A DNA stretch of 32,000 nt from Vibrio alginolyticus NBRC 15630 = ATCC 17749. GTDB lineage: Bacteria; Pseudomonadota; Gammaproteobacteria; Enterobacterales; Vibrionaceae. Positions within the stretch are counted from its first letter, which is position 1. Each line of letters starts with the position of its first letter. Below the pieces are notes generated by a model that saw only the letters and a list, made by a program, of their open reading frames with translations, was not told the DNA's origin and did not search any database. The stretch is from the NCBI RefSeq assembly GCF_000354175.2, contig NC_022359.1:1020001-1052000 (forward strand). Reading direction: 5' to 3'. Position numbers and translations under genes: made by a program. This document shows positions 17,924 to 26,698 of this stretch, piece by piece.

Positions 17924-18745
17924 ATGGCTGAATTAGCAACGAATATCGAACCGGCAGAAATACTGCTTTCAGTGAACAACATTGAAGTCGTCTACGACGA
18001 AGTAATACTAGTACTTCGCGGTGTGAGTTTAGAAGTTCCAAAAGGGCAGATTGTGACCTTACTGGGGGCCAACGGTGCGGGTAAATCCACAACGTTGAAA
18101 GCCATTTCTGGTTTATTGAAAACCGAAGATGGTGAAGTGACGCGCGGCGAAATCAACTTCATGGGCGAGCGTATAGACAACAAAAGCCCGGAAGAGATCG
18201 TCCGTTCGGGCATCTTCCAAGTTATGGAAGGGCGCCGAATTGTTGAAGATATGACGGTAATAGAAAATCTTCGCTTAGGCGCTTATACACGCACTGACAA
18301 CGAAGTTGAACAAGACATCGAAATGGTGTTTGACTATTTCCCGCGACTCAAAGAGCGCACTGGCCTGGCGGGCTATTTGTCTGGCGGTGAGCAACAAATG
18401 TTAGCGATTGGCCGAGCGTTAATGGCTCGACCGAAGATGATTTTGTTGGACGAACCGTCTATGGGGCTTTCTCCACTGCTAGTTAAAGAAGTATTCAGCA
18501 TTATTAACAAGATCAACAAAGAGCAAGGTATTACCATGCTTTTGGTTGAACAGAATGCCAACTTCGCTCTTCAAGCGGCCGATTACGGTTACATCATGGA
18601 ATCAGGCAAAATCGTACTAGATGGCAGCAAGCACGAATTGCTAAACAATGAAGACGTAAAAGAATTCTACCTTGGCGGCGGCGATGAAGATCGCAAGAGC
18701 TTTAAGAATCTGAAATCTTACAAACGTCGTAAGCGTTGGTTGTAA
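17924..18745 (+). CDS. ABC transporter ATP-binding protein, LivF-like, with a basic C-terminal tail
   Basis: Walker A (GANGAGKST), the signature motif (LSGGEQQML) and Walker B (ILLDEP) are present. The ATG at 17924 lies 7 nt after AAGGAG. The C-terminus KSFKNLKSYKRRKRWL extends beyond a typical LivF. Confidence 0.88.
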   Translation: MAELATNIEPAEILLSVNNIEVVYDEVILVLRGVSLEVPKGQIVTLLGANGAGKSTTLKAISGLLKTEDGEVTRGEINFMGERIDNKSPEEIVRSGIFQVMEGRRIVEDMTVIENLRLGAYTRTDNEVEQDIEMVFDYFPRLKERTGLAGYLSGGEQQMLAIGRALMARPKMILLDEPSMGLSPLLVKEVFSIINKINKEQGITMLLVEQNANFALQAADYGYIMESGKIVLDGSKHELLNNEDVKEFYLGGGDEDRKSFKNLKSYKRRKRWL

Positions 18746-18754
18746 GGAGCAAGG

Positions 18755-19957
18755 ATGAACGAACTATTTGATGCGAAAGAATCGTTGTCTCTACAGGCGC
18801 GAGAAGAGTCGTTGTTTCAACGTCTGCCAACGTTGATTGAAAATTCGAAAGTCAATAGCGAACATTACGCGGCGCATTTTTCTGGGTTAGAGCCTACATT
18901 GGCAAACAATCGTGAAGGGCTTGCTCAGTTCCCGATTACACGTAAGTTCAATGTACCTAATCAGCAGCAACTTAAACCGCCGTTTGGTGGCTTAAATAGC
19001 GTTGCCATTGGTCAAATGGCGCGTGTTTTTCAGTCTCCTGGGCCTTTATATGAGGCTCAAACGGATGAGGCCGATTTCTGGCGTATGGGGCGCGCGTTTC
19101 ACGCTGCTGGGTTCTGTGCGGGTGATTTAGTGCATAACACGCTCTCTTACCATTTCTCTCCTGGCGGATTTATTATGGATGGTGGCGCAAGGGCTTGTGG
19201 CTGTGCGGTATTTCCGGCTGGAGTAGGCAATACCGAAGCGCAAATAGAGGCAATTAAACAGCTTCAACCTAATGGTTACACTGGCACACCTTCTTATTTG
19301 CTGACGTTGCTACAAAAGTACCAAGAGAAATACAATGAGCTGCCTAGCTTTGAGAAAGCTCTGGTCTCTGGTGAAGCGGTTACAGCAGGCATGCAACAGA
19401 TGTTTGAGGAAAAAGGCATTGCAGTCTTTCAAGCCTACGCAAGTGCAGAGCTTGGTTTGATTGCTTATCAAGTGTCTGGTGAACAAGGATTAGTGATTGC
19501 CGAAGATATTATTGTTGAAATCGTTGATCCTGATGGTGTTCCTGTACAACCGGGAGAAGTCGGTGAAGTCGTTGTAACGTCGTTCGATGAGAAGTTCCCG
19601 CTGATTCGCTACGCAACGGGAGATTTATCGGCATATCTAGAGACAAGTTCTGATTCTTCACGCACGAATGCACGAATTAAGGGCTGGATGGGACGAGCAG
19701 ACTCCGCGGTGAAAGTAAAAGGGCTGTTTGTTTATCCGCATCAAATCCAAGAAGTCTGTCGTCGCCACGATATTAAAGGCTCCTTGAAAATTGAGCGCGA
19801 TGGCTTCAACGATGCCATTACTTTTTGTTGTCATGATGTGCATGTATCAGCAGAGGACATTCAAGCAACACTACAGTCAGTCACTAAACTGAAAGGCAAT
19901 GTCCAGTTTGTACCGAACCAAGTGGAGCAGCCGTTAATCAATGATCTTCGCAGTTAA
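18755..19957 (+). CDS. Phenylacetate-CoA ligase (PaaK)/F390-synthetase-family adenylate-forming enzyme homologue with a degenerate P-loop
   Basis: 400 aa. PaaK-like blocks are present (GTPSYLLTLL, AYASAELG, IRYATGDL, GRADSAVKVKG). Where SSGTTGKP is expected, the sequence reads QSPGPLYE. Confidence 0.75.
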   Translation: MNELFDAKESLSLQAREESLFQRLPTLIENSKVNSEHYAAHFSGLEPTLANNREGLAQFPITRKFNVPNQQQLKPPFGGLNSVAIGQMARVFQSPGPLYEAQTDEADFWRMGRAFHAAGFCAGDLVHNTLSYHFSPGGFIMDGGARACGCAVFPAGVGNTEAQIEAIKQLQPNGYTGTPSYLLTLLQKYQEKYNELPSFEKALVSGEAVTAGMQQMFEEKGIAVFQAYASAELGLIAYQVSGEQGLVIAEDIIVEIVDPDGVPVQPGEVGEVVVTSFDEKFPLIRYATGDLSAYLETSSDSSRTNARIKGWMGRADSAVKVKGLFVYPHQIQEVCRRHDIKGSLKIERDGFNDAITFCCHDVHVSAEDIQATLQSVTKLKGNVQFVPNQVEQPLINDLRS

Positions 19958-20029
19958 CTCATTGGTGGCATAAGTGCAGTAGAAAGTGGTTGTCATAAAA
20001 AACTAACAACGTCAGACAAAAGGCTAGAA

Positions 20030-20068
20030 AAGGGATACCACATTGCGCTGCGTATCCCTTTATTTTTT
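20030..20068 (+). terminator. Rho-independent terminator of the ABC/ligase operon
   Basis: AAGGGATAC...GTATCCCTT forms a 9-bp stem with a 13-nt loop, followed by TATTTTTT. Confidence 0.65.
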
Positions 20069-20093
20069 ACTACCGCAATCAGGGAGCGGGTAA

Positions 20094-20690
20094 ATGAAAC
20101 AGGCACCAATGATTAACACACAATTCTGGGATGATTTGTTTATCCGAGGCACTATGCCTTGGGATGCCCAATCGACACCTCAAGAACTCAAGGACTATCT
20201 CGACAATTCACTTCATGTAGGCCAGTCAGTGTTTATTCCTGGGTGTGGTGCCGCTTATGAACTGAGCACTTTTATTCAATATGGGCATGACGTGATCGCG
20301 ATGGATTACAGCCAAGAAGCGGTAAAAATGGCGCAATCAGCGTTAGGTAACTACAAAGATAAAGTCGTATTGGGTGATGTATTTAATGCCGATTTTTCTC
20401 ACTCGTTTGATGTCATTTACGAGCGGGCCTTTCTCGCAGCACTACCAAGAGACATGTGGTCAGAATACTTTGCTATGGTGGATAAATTATTGCCAAGCGG
20501 AGGTTTTCTAATTGGTTTTTTCGTCATTGATGATAATTACCTATCACGCTTCCCTCCATTTTGTTTGAGAAGTGGGGAACTGGCATCTTTTCTAGAGCCC
20601 ACGTTTGAACTTGTGGAATCCTCAGTGGTGGTAAACAGTGTTGAGGTTTTTAAAGGCAGAGAGCAATGGATGGTGTGGCAGAAACGTTAG
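20094..20690 (+). CDS. SAM-dependent methyltransferase, TPMT family (thiol/halide methyltransferase-like)
   Basis: The N-terminus FWDDLFIRGTMPWD resembles the W..(F/Y)....TPWD motif of TPMT/HOL enzymes. The SAM-binding motif is FIPGCGAAYE. 198 aa. Confidence 0.7.
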   Translation: MKQAPMINTQFWDDLFIRGTMPWDAQSTPQELKDYLDNSLHVGQSVFIPGCGAAYELSTFIQYGHDVIAMDYSQEAVKMAQSALGNYKDKVVLGDVFNADFSHSFDVIYERAFLAALPRDMWSEYFAMVDKLLPSGGFLIGFFVIDDNYLSRFPPFCLRSGELASFLEPTFELVESSVVVNSVEVFKGREQWMVWQKR

Positions 20691-20978
20691 TCGTCACTGA
20701 GACTTCTTTAGAAAGTATTCGCGGAAACTGTCTGGTTCTTTGTGAATCGCTGATACATAAGTCTTCACTCTATACCTGATGGAATGCTCACATAGTTTGT
20801 CGGTTTGTGTGAAACATTAATTTCTCGTTGCTGGTTTAAGTTGTTGAGATATCTCTAACAGCGGTTGAGTGGTTGAGTTTATTGCTGGCATGGGTTGTGT
20901 GCTCAGAGCGTAAAGCGACAGATCAGCATCGATCCGAAAGGTAGTAGAACGTCTCTTACTGATCTGTCTATTTCATGC

Positions 20979-21737
20979 TTATACTATTTTAGGTTGACCA
21001 TCTGATGCGGTGGCACCGCCGTCTACAGGTAGGTTTACGCCATTAATGAAAGATGCGTCATCACTTGCCAAGAAAGTCACGACAGACGCAATTTCTTCAG
21101 GTTCGGCTGCTCGGCCAAGCGCAATGCGCTCATTGAATTTATCGCGGATGTCCTGCGGCCAGCCGTTTGTCATGTTGGTTTTTACTAAACTTGGGCATAC
21201 GGCGTTAATTCTTACCCCATCCGCACCATGGTCCAATGCCATCGCTCGGGTAAGGTTCACCACTGCACCTTTACTCGCGCAATAGAATGCGGCACCCCAG
21301 TCACCACCCAAACCGGAAACGGACGCGGTATTTACCATACAACCTTTCGTTTTTAAGAGTTCAGGCAAAGCAAACTTCGCGCAATAAACGACGCCGTCAA
21401 TGTTTACACCAGAGATCTTCTTCCAGTCTTCCACACTACCTTCAATCACGGAACCAGGGACATGTACGCCAGCATTGTTTACTAAAATATCCAGTTTACC
21501 GAAACGGGTAACAACATCAGAAATCAGTGCTGCGACTTTTTCTGGGTCAGAAACATCAATAGAATGCGCAGACACACGCTGTTTATCAAAGCCCTCAACG
21601 GCGTTTGCCAACTGCTCTTCATTCCAATCGGCAAGAGCGACGTTTGCGCCTTCTTCATACAAACGTTTTGCGATGGCCAAACCAATGCCATTGGCAGAAC
21701 CAGTGACGAGTGCGACTTTATTTTTTAATCCTCTCAT
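20979..21737 (-). CDS. Short-chain dehydrogenase/reductase, probably an acetoin/diacetyl reductase (AlsO/BudC-like role)
   Basis: It has the classical SDR motifs TGSANGIG, NNAG and YCASK. An ATGA overlap with alsS makes it the third gene of the acetoin operon. Confidence 0.75.
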   Translation of the reverse strand: MRGLKNKVALVTGSANGIGLAIAKRLYEEGANVALADWNEEQLANAVEGFDKQRVSAHSIDVSDPEKVAALISDVVTRFGKLDILVNNAGVHVPGSVIEGSVEDWKKISGVNIDGVVYCAKFALPELLKTKGCMVNTASVSGLGGDWGAAFYCASKGAVVNLTRAMALDHGADGVRINAVCPSLVKTNMTNGWPQDIRDKFNERIALGRAAEPEEIASVVTFLASDDASFINGVNLPVDGGATASDGQPKIV

Positions 21738-23437
21738 GCGATTTCTCCTTCGAAACTTACAAAAACGGGATCTTGATTTTTCTCTGTGCGCGGCAACATC
21801 AGTTTGTCGTTGTCGCTGTAATCTACGGGGATAGCCACCACTGCTGGTCCTTCAACGTCCATGGCTTTATTCAATGTCGGTAGCAATTCGTGTTGACTAG
21901 TCACTGCGAAGCCTTTCGCGCCAAATGACTCGGCGTAGGCCTTGAAATCAATTGGTCCAAATTTCACACCAGAGCAGCGCTGATATTTGTTGATCTCTTG
22001 CATTTCTACCATGTTGTAGGCGTTATCAACCCACACAATATGGACGATATTGCAGTTCAGTCTAACCGCGGTTTCTAACTCCATGCTCGATTGCATAAAA
22101 CCGCCGTCTCCTGATATCGATACCACTTTGCTACCAGGTTTTAGTAGGCTGGCACCAATGGCCCATGGCAGTGCAACGCCCATCGTTTGTTGGCCGTTAG
22201 ACACCAGCATTTGGCGAGCTCGAAAACAGCTTAAGTAACGAGCGATCCAGATGTGGAAGCTCCCCATATCAAGGCATAGCGTGGTATCTGGTGTGATGAT
22301 AGATTGCATGGCTTTAATTAGCGCCAGTGGATGAAACCCTTGCTTGTTATAGACTTTGGGATAAGCCTTGATCACTTGCCGTTGCAGTGCTACCTCTTCC
22401 AGTATTGAAAGTGCCGTTGGGGAAAGGCGAGCATATTCAGAGATATAGCTGCCCATTTTATCTAATGACTGCGCAATGTTTCCGACGATTTCAACACAAG
22501 GTTGATAATTAAGTTGGTATTCTGCTGGTTCAATATCGAGGTGAATCACTGGGTTGCGGTGGCTGTTCCAAAGCTCAGGGTCATACTCTATTGGGCTAAA
22601 GCCGATGGTGAGAATTAAATCGGCGTCCCGCAGTAAAACATCGCCAGGTTGGTTATTAAACAAACCGACACGCCCAGCAAAGTGATGATAGTAATTGATG
22701 TCTACCGTGCCGGCGGCCTGGTAAGTGCCGACAACGGGTAGCTGCGTATTTTGAAGAAATCGGGCGATAGCAGCAGCGTTTTGACTGCGGCTCGCGTGAA
22801 GGCCAAGTAAAACCACACAGCGCTTTGCTTTACTGATTCGACTGACCGCTTCTTCGATTGCTACGATGTCTGCGCAACCAGGCTGTGTGTAAGGCGAGGG
22901 GACAATAATGTCCGTTTGGGTTTGCTCGGATAAAACATCTTGGGGGAGACTCAAAAAGCAAGCCCCAGGACGACCTGACTCTGCGATACGAAATGCGTTC
23001 GCCATGATCTCGCTTGCGGCGTCCACATGCTGCACTTCAGCACTGAACTTAGTTATAGAGCGAAAAATACTGACGGTATCCATGCTCTGGTGTGTTTGTT
23101 TTTGCTGGTCAGTTCGTTTCACCGCACCACCGATAGCAATCAGCGGATCGCCTTCGGAGTTTGCTGTTGCCACCCCCGTAACTAGATTTCCACAGCCAGG
23201 GCCTGACGTAACCATTGTGACGCCTGCTTTGCCGGTTAGTCTTCCCATAACGCCCGCCATAAATGCGCCGTTAGCCTCGTGGCGTACCGGAATCATTTGG
23301 ATGTTAGTGTCTTCAATCGCATCGAACAGTCGATCGATTTTTGCACCGGGAATACCGAAAATGTACTTAATGCCGAGAGACTCTAGCTGTTGAGCGATCA
23401 ACTGAGCTCCATTTTTATTTGAAGGTTTGGATTGCAT
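21734..23437 (-). CDS. alsS: Catabolic acetolactate synthase (ThDP-dependent)
   Basis: 567 aa. The ThDP motif is GDGGFMQSSMELETAVR. The N-terminus is GAQLIAQQLESLGIKYIFGIPGA. It lies between the acetolactate decarboxylase and the SDR. Confidence 0.9.
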   Translation of the reverse strand: MQSKPSNKNGAQLIAQQLESLGIKYIFGIPGAKIDRLFDAIEDTNIQMIPVRHEANGAFMAGVMGRLTGKAGVTMVTSGPGCGNLVTGVATANSEGDPLIAIGGAVKRTDQQKQTHQSMDTVSIFRSITKFSAEVQHVDAASEIMANAFRIAESGRPGACFLSLPQDVLSEQTQTDIIVPSPYTQPGCADIVAIEEAVSRISKAKRCVVLLGLHASRSQNAAAIARFLQNTQLPVVGTYQAAGTVDINYYHHFAGRVGLFNNQPGDVLLRDADLILTIGFSPIEYDPELWNSHRNPVIHLDIEPAEYQLNYQPCVEIVGNIAQSLDKMGSYISEYARLSPTALSILEEVALQRQVIKAYPKVYNKQGFHPLALIKAMQSIITPDTTLCLDMGSFHIWIARYLSCFRARQMLVSNGQQTMGVALPWAIGASLLKPGSKVVSISGDGGFMQSSMELETAVRLNCNIVHIVWVDNAYNMVEMQEINKYQRCSGVKFGPIDFKAYAESFGAKGFAVTSQHELLPTLNKAMDVEGPAVVAIPVDYSDNDKLMLPRTEKNQDPVFVSFEGEIA

Positions 23438-23466
23438 TTGTTGTCCTTATTATTTGCCTGACTTTG

Positions 23467-24252
23467 TTACTTTTCCGCCTTTTCTATGGCGGTATTTATA
23501 TCTTCCGGAGCCAAATTGGCGTTGAGGAAGTCTGTCGATACTGGGGTATCAATCACTAGCCGTGAGACTTTGCCAATCTGGAGAAATCCTGACGAAATGC
23601 TGTAATCCTGGATATGACCACCTCCTTGGCGGTCATCGGTAATAAAATGTTCGTGATAGCCGGGTACATTGATGCCAGTCGTATATTTAGGACTGCGAAA
23701 GCCGGCGACCACGCCTTGCTTATGCGTGAAGCGGAATGTTGGTTGTTCTTTGACCACTTCAAGCATTGGTCGATAAGGGCGTGTTTGTTTAGGTACGGTA
23801 CGAGTACGAACTGAATCGAAAACACCATCAATGCGCACTGCGCAAAATAGGTTATCGCTTGGAACCAGGTCGTCTATGAGGCTATGGACTTCATGACGTG
23901 ACATGCGCGATGTCAATGGCAGCTCGATATCAGGCTTAAAAAAAGTCATGACAGCAAAGGGCGTTTTTTGCTCTAGGTCTGCCGGGTTTGCGGAGCCATC
24001 CGACTTGAGTTGAAAAACTTCCTTATCAAAAGCAATCAACTCACCATCCAATTCATTGAACGTACCTAAACCAAAATCCCCATGTTTCAGCAGTTCTTCT
24101 ATGGTTGTCGAGCCTTCGTAAACACCAGCGATCAAAGCACTCATTAACGAAGTCTGATAAATCTCACCATCTCCGGTAACGTGATGGTATTCAGAAAATT
24201 CTTTCGCTACTTCAAGCGAACAAGCGCATAGAGGGTTATAAAATCCACGCAT
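23467..24252 (-). CDS. budA: Alpha-acetolactate decarboxylase
   Basis: The blocks [33 protein letters not shown] and [16 protein letters not shown] closely match known BudA/AlsD proteins. Confidence 0.92.
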   Translation of the reverse strand: MRGFYNPLCACSLEVAKEFSEYHHVTGDGEIYQTSLMSALIAGVYEGSTTIEELLKHGDFGLGTFNELDGELIAFDKEVFQLKSDGSANPADLEQKTPFAVMTFFKPDIELPLTSRMSRHEVHSLIDDLVPSDNLFCAVRIDGVFDSVRTRTVPKQTRPYRPMLEVVKEQPTFRFTHKQGVVAGFRSPKYTTGINVPGYHEHFITDDRQGGGHIQDYSISSGFLQIGKVSRLVIDTPVSTDFLNANLAPEDINTAIEKAEK

Positions 24253-24349
24253 GAGTAAGACCAGTTATGCAATGAAGAGTATATTTAGATTGACTTCTAC
24301 ACGGTGCTAAATCCAATATAAAAAAGATTTATTTTGATATGGAAAATAT

Positions 24350-25231
24350 ATGGAATTTCGCTACCTGAAGTATTTTGTCGCGGTCGCCGAGACTCGTCAC
24401 TTTACCCGAGCAGCTGAACGGTTAGGGATTGCGCAACCTCCTTTGAGTCAACAAATCAAAAAGCTAGAGCACGAGCTTGGCGTGGACTTATTTAAGCGCT
24501 TGTCTAGAGGAGTAGAACTGACCCATGCAGGGCAAGTCTTTTATACGGATGCGGTAAATATTCTTGCTGATGTGGAACGCGCTAAAGCAAAAGCCCGACA
24601 GATTGCCCGTGGTGAAAATACGCAGGTTAAAATTGGGTTCGCGACGTCAACATCAACCTGCATTAAGGTATTGGAGAGGATTGGGCGTATTCAAGAGAAT
24701 GGGGTTCATTTACAGACGGCGGAACTGTCAATGCCAGAGCTTGCCACTCAGTTAAAAAGCAAACAACTTGATCTCGCAATCATGCGGCTACCCTGTTACG
24801 CCAGTGAGCCTTTTGAGCACAAGGTGTTGTTTAACGACCCGTTTGTCGCGGTGATTCCGGCGGGCCACGAACTGGCAAAGTATCCCTGTATCCAGATGAA
24901 ACAGTTGAGAGGCCATAAAATTTTACTGTTTCCACGAGAGACTGGACCCGCATTGTTTGATGGCATGAGTACACTTTTTGCCGACGCAGGAGTAAGGCTC
25001 GAACCACAGTTCGCAGCACCGCAACTTCGTACGACGATTGCCATGGCGCAGGCCGGGTTAGGTATTGCTCTCGTTCCGCGCTCACTGGCTGAACATCTCG
25101 ATGATTCCGCGACAGTCGCCGAGATTGAGGATATCCCTCTCACTAGTCGTGTTGTTGTTGCTTGGGAGGCATCTAATCTCAATAAACAAGCGCTAAAAGT
25201 AGCCATGCACATCGGTCATGTTGAGGCTTAA
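24350..25231 (+). CDS. alsR: LysR-family transcriptional regulator, AlsR/BudR-like activator of the acetoin operon
   Basis: It has a LysR HTH (MEFRYLKYFVAVAETRHFTRAAERLGIAQPPLSQQIKKLE) and is divergent from budA. Confidence 0.85.
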   Translation: MEFRYLKYFVAVAETRHFTRAAERLGIAQPPLSQQIKKLEHELGVDLFKRLSRGVELTHAGQVFYTDAVNILADVERAKAKARQIARGENTQVKIGFATSTSTCIKVLERIGRIQENGVHLQTAELSMPELATQLKSKQLDLAIMRLPCYASEPFEHKVLFNDPFVAVIPAGHELAKYPCIQMKQLRGHKILLFPRETGPALFDGMSTLFADAGVRLEPQFAAPQLRTTIAMAQAGLGIALVPRSLAEHLDDSATVAEIEDIPLTSRVVVAWEASNLNKQALKVAMHIGHVEA

Positions 25232-25360
25232 AGATGAGTCATCGAACTGGCTCTGATAGCCACAGGCAAATGTGATACTCTCACTCGTTATATGCAAAGC
25301 TATGCTTTGGTTGAATAGACAAATCTTACTCAACGAATAGAACTTACTGAGGATGTACCA

Positions 25361-26086
25361 ATGATATACGCTGCGGTCTTTGATATGGACGGGTTGCTGA
25401 TTGATTCAGAACCTTTGTGGAAGGAAGCGGAAAAGCAGGTGTTTTCATCAGTTGGTGTCCAAGTGACCGAAGTGCTGTCAAAGCAGACTGCAACTATGAC
25501 GACAGGTGAAGTAACAAGGTTTTGGTATGAACGTAATCCTTGGCAAGAAAAGAGCCTAGAGGAAGTAGAGAATGCTGTTGTGGATAAAGTGGAGGCATTA
25601 ATAATTGAAAAAGGATGCGAATTAGAGGGTGTTACAGAAACACTCAAATTGCTTAAGGAAAAAGGGTTTAAGATAGGGTTGTCTACTAATTCACCTTATC
25701 AACTCATTCCCATCATTTTGAACAAACTCGGTATTGCCAGTTACTTTGACGCGATATCATCGTCAGACGATGTAGAGCAGGGTAAGCCAGAGCCAGATGT
25801 CTACCTTTTAACAATCAATAAACTAGGTGTAAATTCAAGTAACTGTATTGCCTTTGAAGACTCTTATTCGGGTATGCTTGCGGCAACACGAGCAAACATA
25901 AAAACAGTCGTGATACCTCAACCTGATAAGTTCTACCAAGAGTTTAATGAAGCCAGTCTAAAGCTGCAAAAGCTATCAGAGTTTAATGAAAGCCATTTGG
26001 CGAGTTTAATGGACTTGAATTTGAAAGAAACAATTGCACCAACACCGCATGAAAGTTTTTTAGAAGAAGGACTTGATTGTGAATAG
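25361..26086 (+). CDS. HAD-superfamily hydrolase, subfamily IA (sugar-phosphate phosphatase, YniC/beta-PGM-like)
   Basis: The HAD motifs are present: I (FDMDGLLIDSE), II (STNS) and III/IV (K...FEDSYSG). Confidence 0.8.
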   Translation: MIYAAVFDMDGLLIDSEPLWKEAEKQVFSSVGVQVTEVLSKQTATMTTGEVTRFWYERNPWQEKSLEEVENAVVDKVEALIIEKGCELEGVTETLKLLKEKGFKIGLSTNSPYQLIPIILNKLGIASYFDAISSSDDVEQGKPEPDVYLLTINKLGVNSSNCIAFEDSYSGMLAATRANIKTVVIPQPDKFYQEFNEASLKLQKLSEFNESHLASLMDLNLKETIAPTPHESFLEEGLDCE

Positions 26087-26585
26087 TCGGTCGCTGAAAA
26101 AATACCTACTGCCAATGTTCTTATTGGTTTTACCTATAGAATCATTCGCAAAAGATACGACTATGTTGGACGAGCTCAATAATCGATTTGTTACATTTGA
26201 AAGGCGATTTGATGATTGTATCAACTCTGCTTCTCAAAATGATATGAGTGAAAACATTGTCGGTCAGATTCAAGCGCTTAATATTGATTTTGAAATTTCG
26301 GTTGGCTATTTATACAAACAATCACTTTATTTATGCTCTGATGATGAATTCAGTGATTTAGCAAGAATTATCATGATAATTGAAACCTCCGATAATGATG
26401 GATTGCAATTATCAAAGGCAAAAGCTAGTCAAATTAGAAAGCTACTTTTTAGCAAAGTGGATTTACGTTTAGAGTCGAAGTTTCAAAGTTTACCGCAAGA
26501 TAAAAAGGAAGCATTACTGAGCATTGCGAAAAAGCTTGAACCTTTTGATCTCGTAAGCATGCATGAACGACTTCAGGCAATGTAG
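26073..26585 (+). CDS. Hypothetical secreted protein of about 170 aa with no recognisable family
   Basis: It has an N-terminal signal-like segment (KKYLLPMFLLVLPIESFA/KD) and two Cys residues. By hand count it is roughly 30-33% GC, against roughly 45-50% in most lines I sampled. The start is ambiguous (TTG 26073 or GTG 26079, which follows GAAGGA). It overlaps the end of the HAD gene. Confidence 0.55.
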   Translation: MIVNSRSLKKYLLPMFLLVLPIESFAKDTTMLDELNNRFVTFERRFDDCINSASQNDMSENIVGQIQALNIDFEISVGYLYKQSLYLCSDDEFSDLARIIMIIETSDNDGLQLSKAKASQIRKLLFSKVDLRLESKFQSLPQDKKEALLSIAKKLEPFDLVSMHERLQAM

Positions 26586-26657
26586 ACTTATGAAAGAATG
26601 TTTTGAGTAGATTCTTAACGCTTGGCTTTTTCATTAAGATTGAGTATTAGGTTCAAC

Positions 26658-26698
26658 GCCTCTAGCTCTTACACAAGATCTAGAGGCATCCATTTTTT
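26658..26698 (+). terminator. Candidate terminator between the convergent hypothetical gene and the cio operon
   Basis: GCCTCTAG...CTAGAGGC forms an 8-bp stem with a 14-nt loop. ATCCATTTTTT follows on the plus strand. Confidence 0.45.

Noticed and set aside
20917-20968. A 10-bp inverted repeat considered as the terminator of the acetoin operon
   Set aside because: It has a 32-nt loop and no T-tract on either strand, so I did not call it a terminator. It is kept only as part of the low-interest note on the non-coding gap.
21400-23393. Long plus-strand ORFs (144 aa at 21400-21834; 161 aa at 22908-23393) opposite the SDR and alsS genes
   Set aside because: They lie entirely antisense to strongly recognisable genes. 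Their products are low-complexity and rich in Ser, Pro, Ala and Cys, as expected from the antisense frame of real genes. They have no RBS.
24796-25212. A 138-aa minus-strand ORF inside the LysR regulator gene
   Set aside because: It is antisense to a clear LysR-family CDS and has no independent support.
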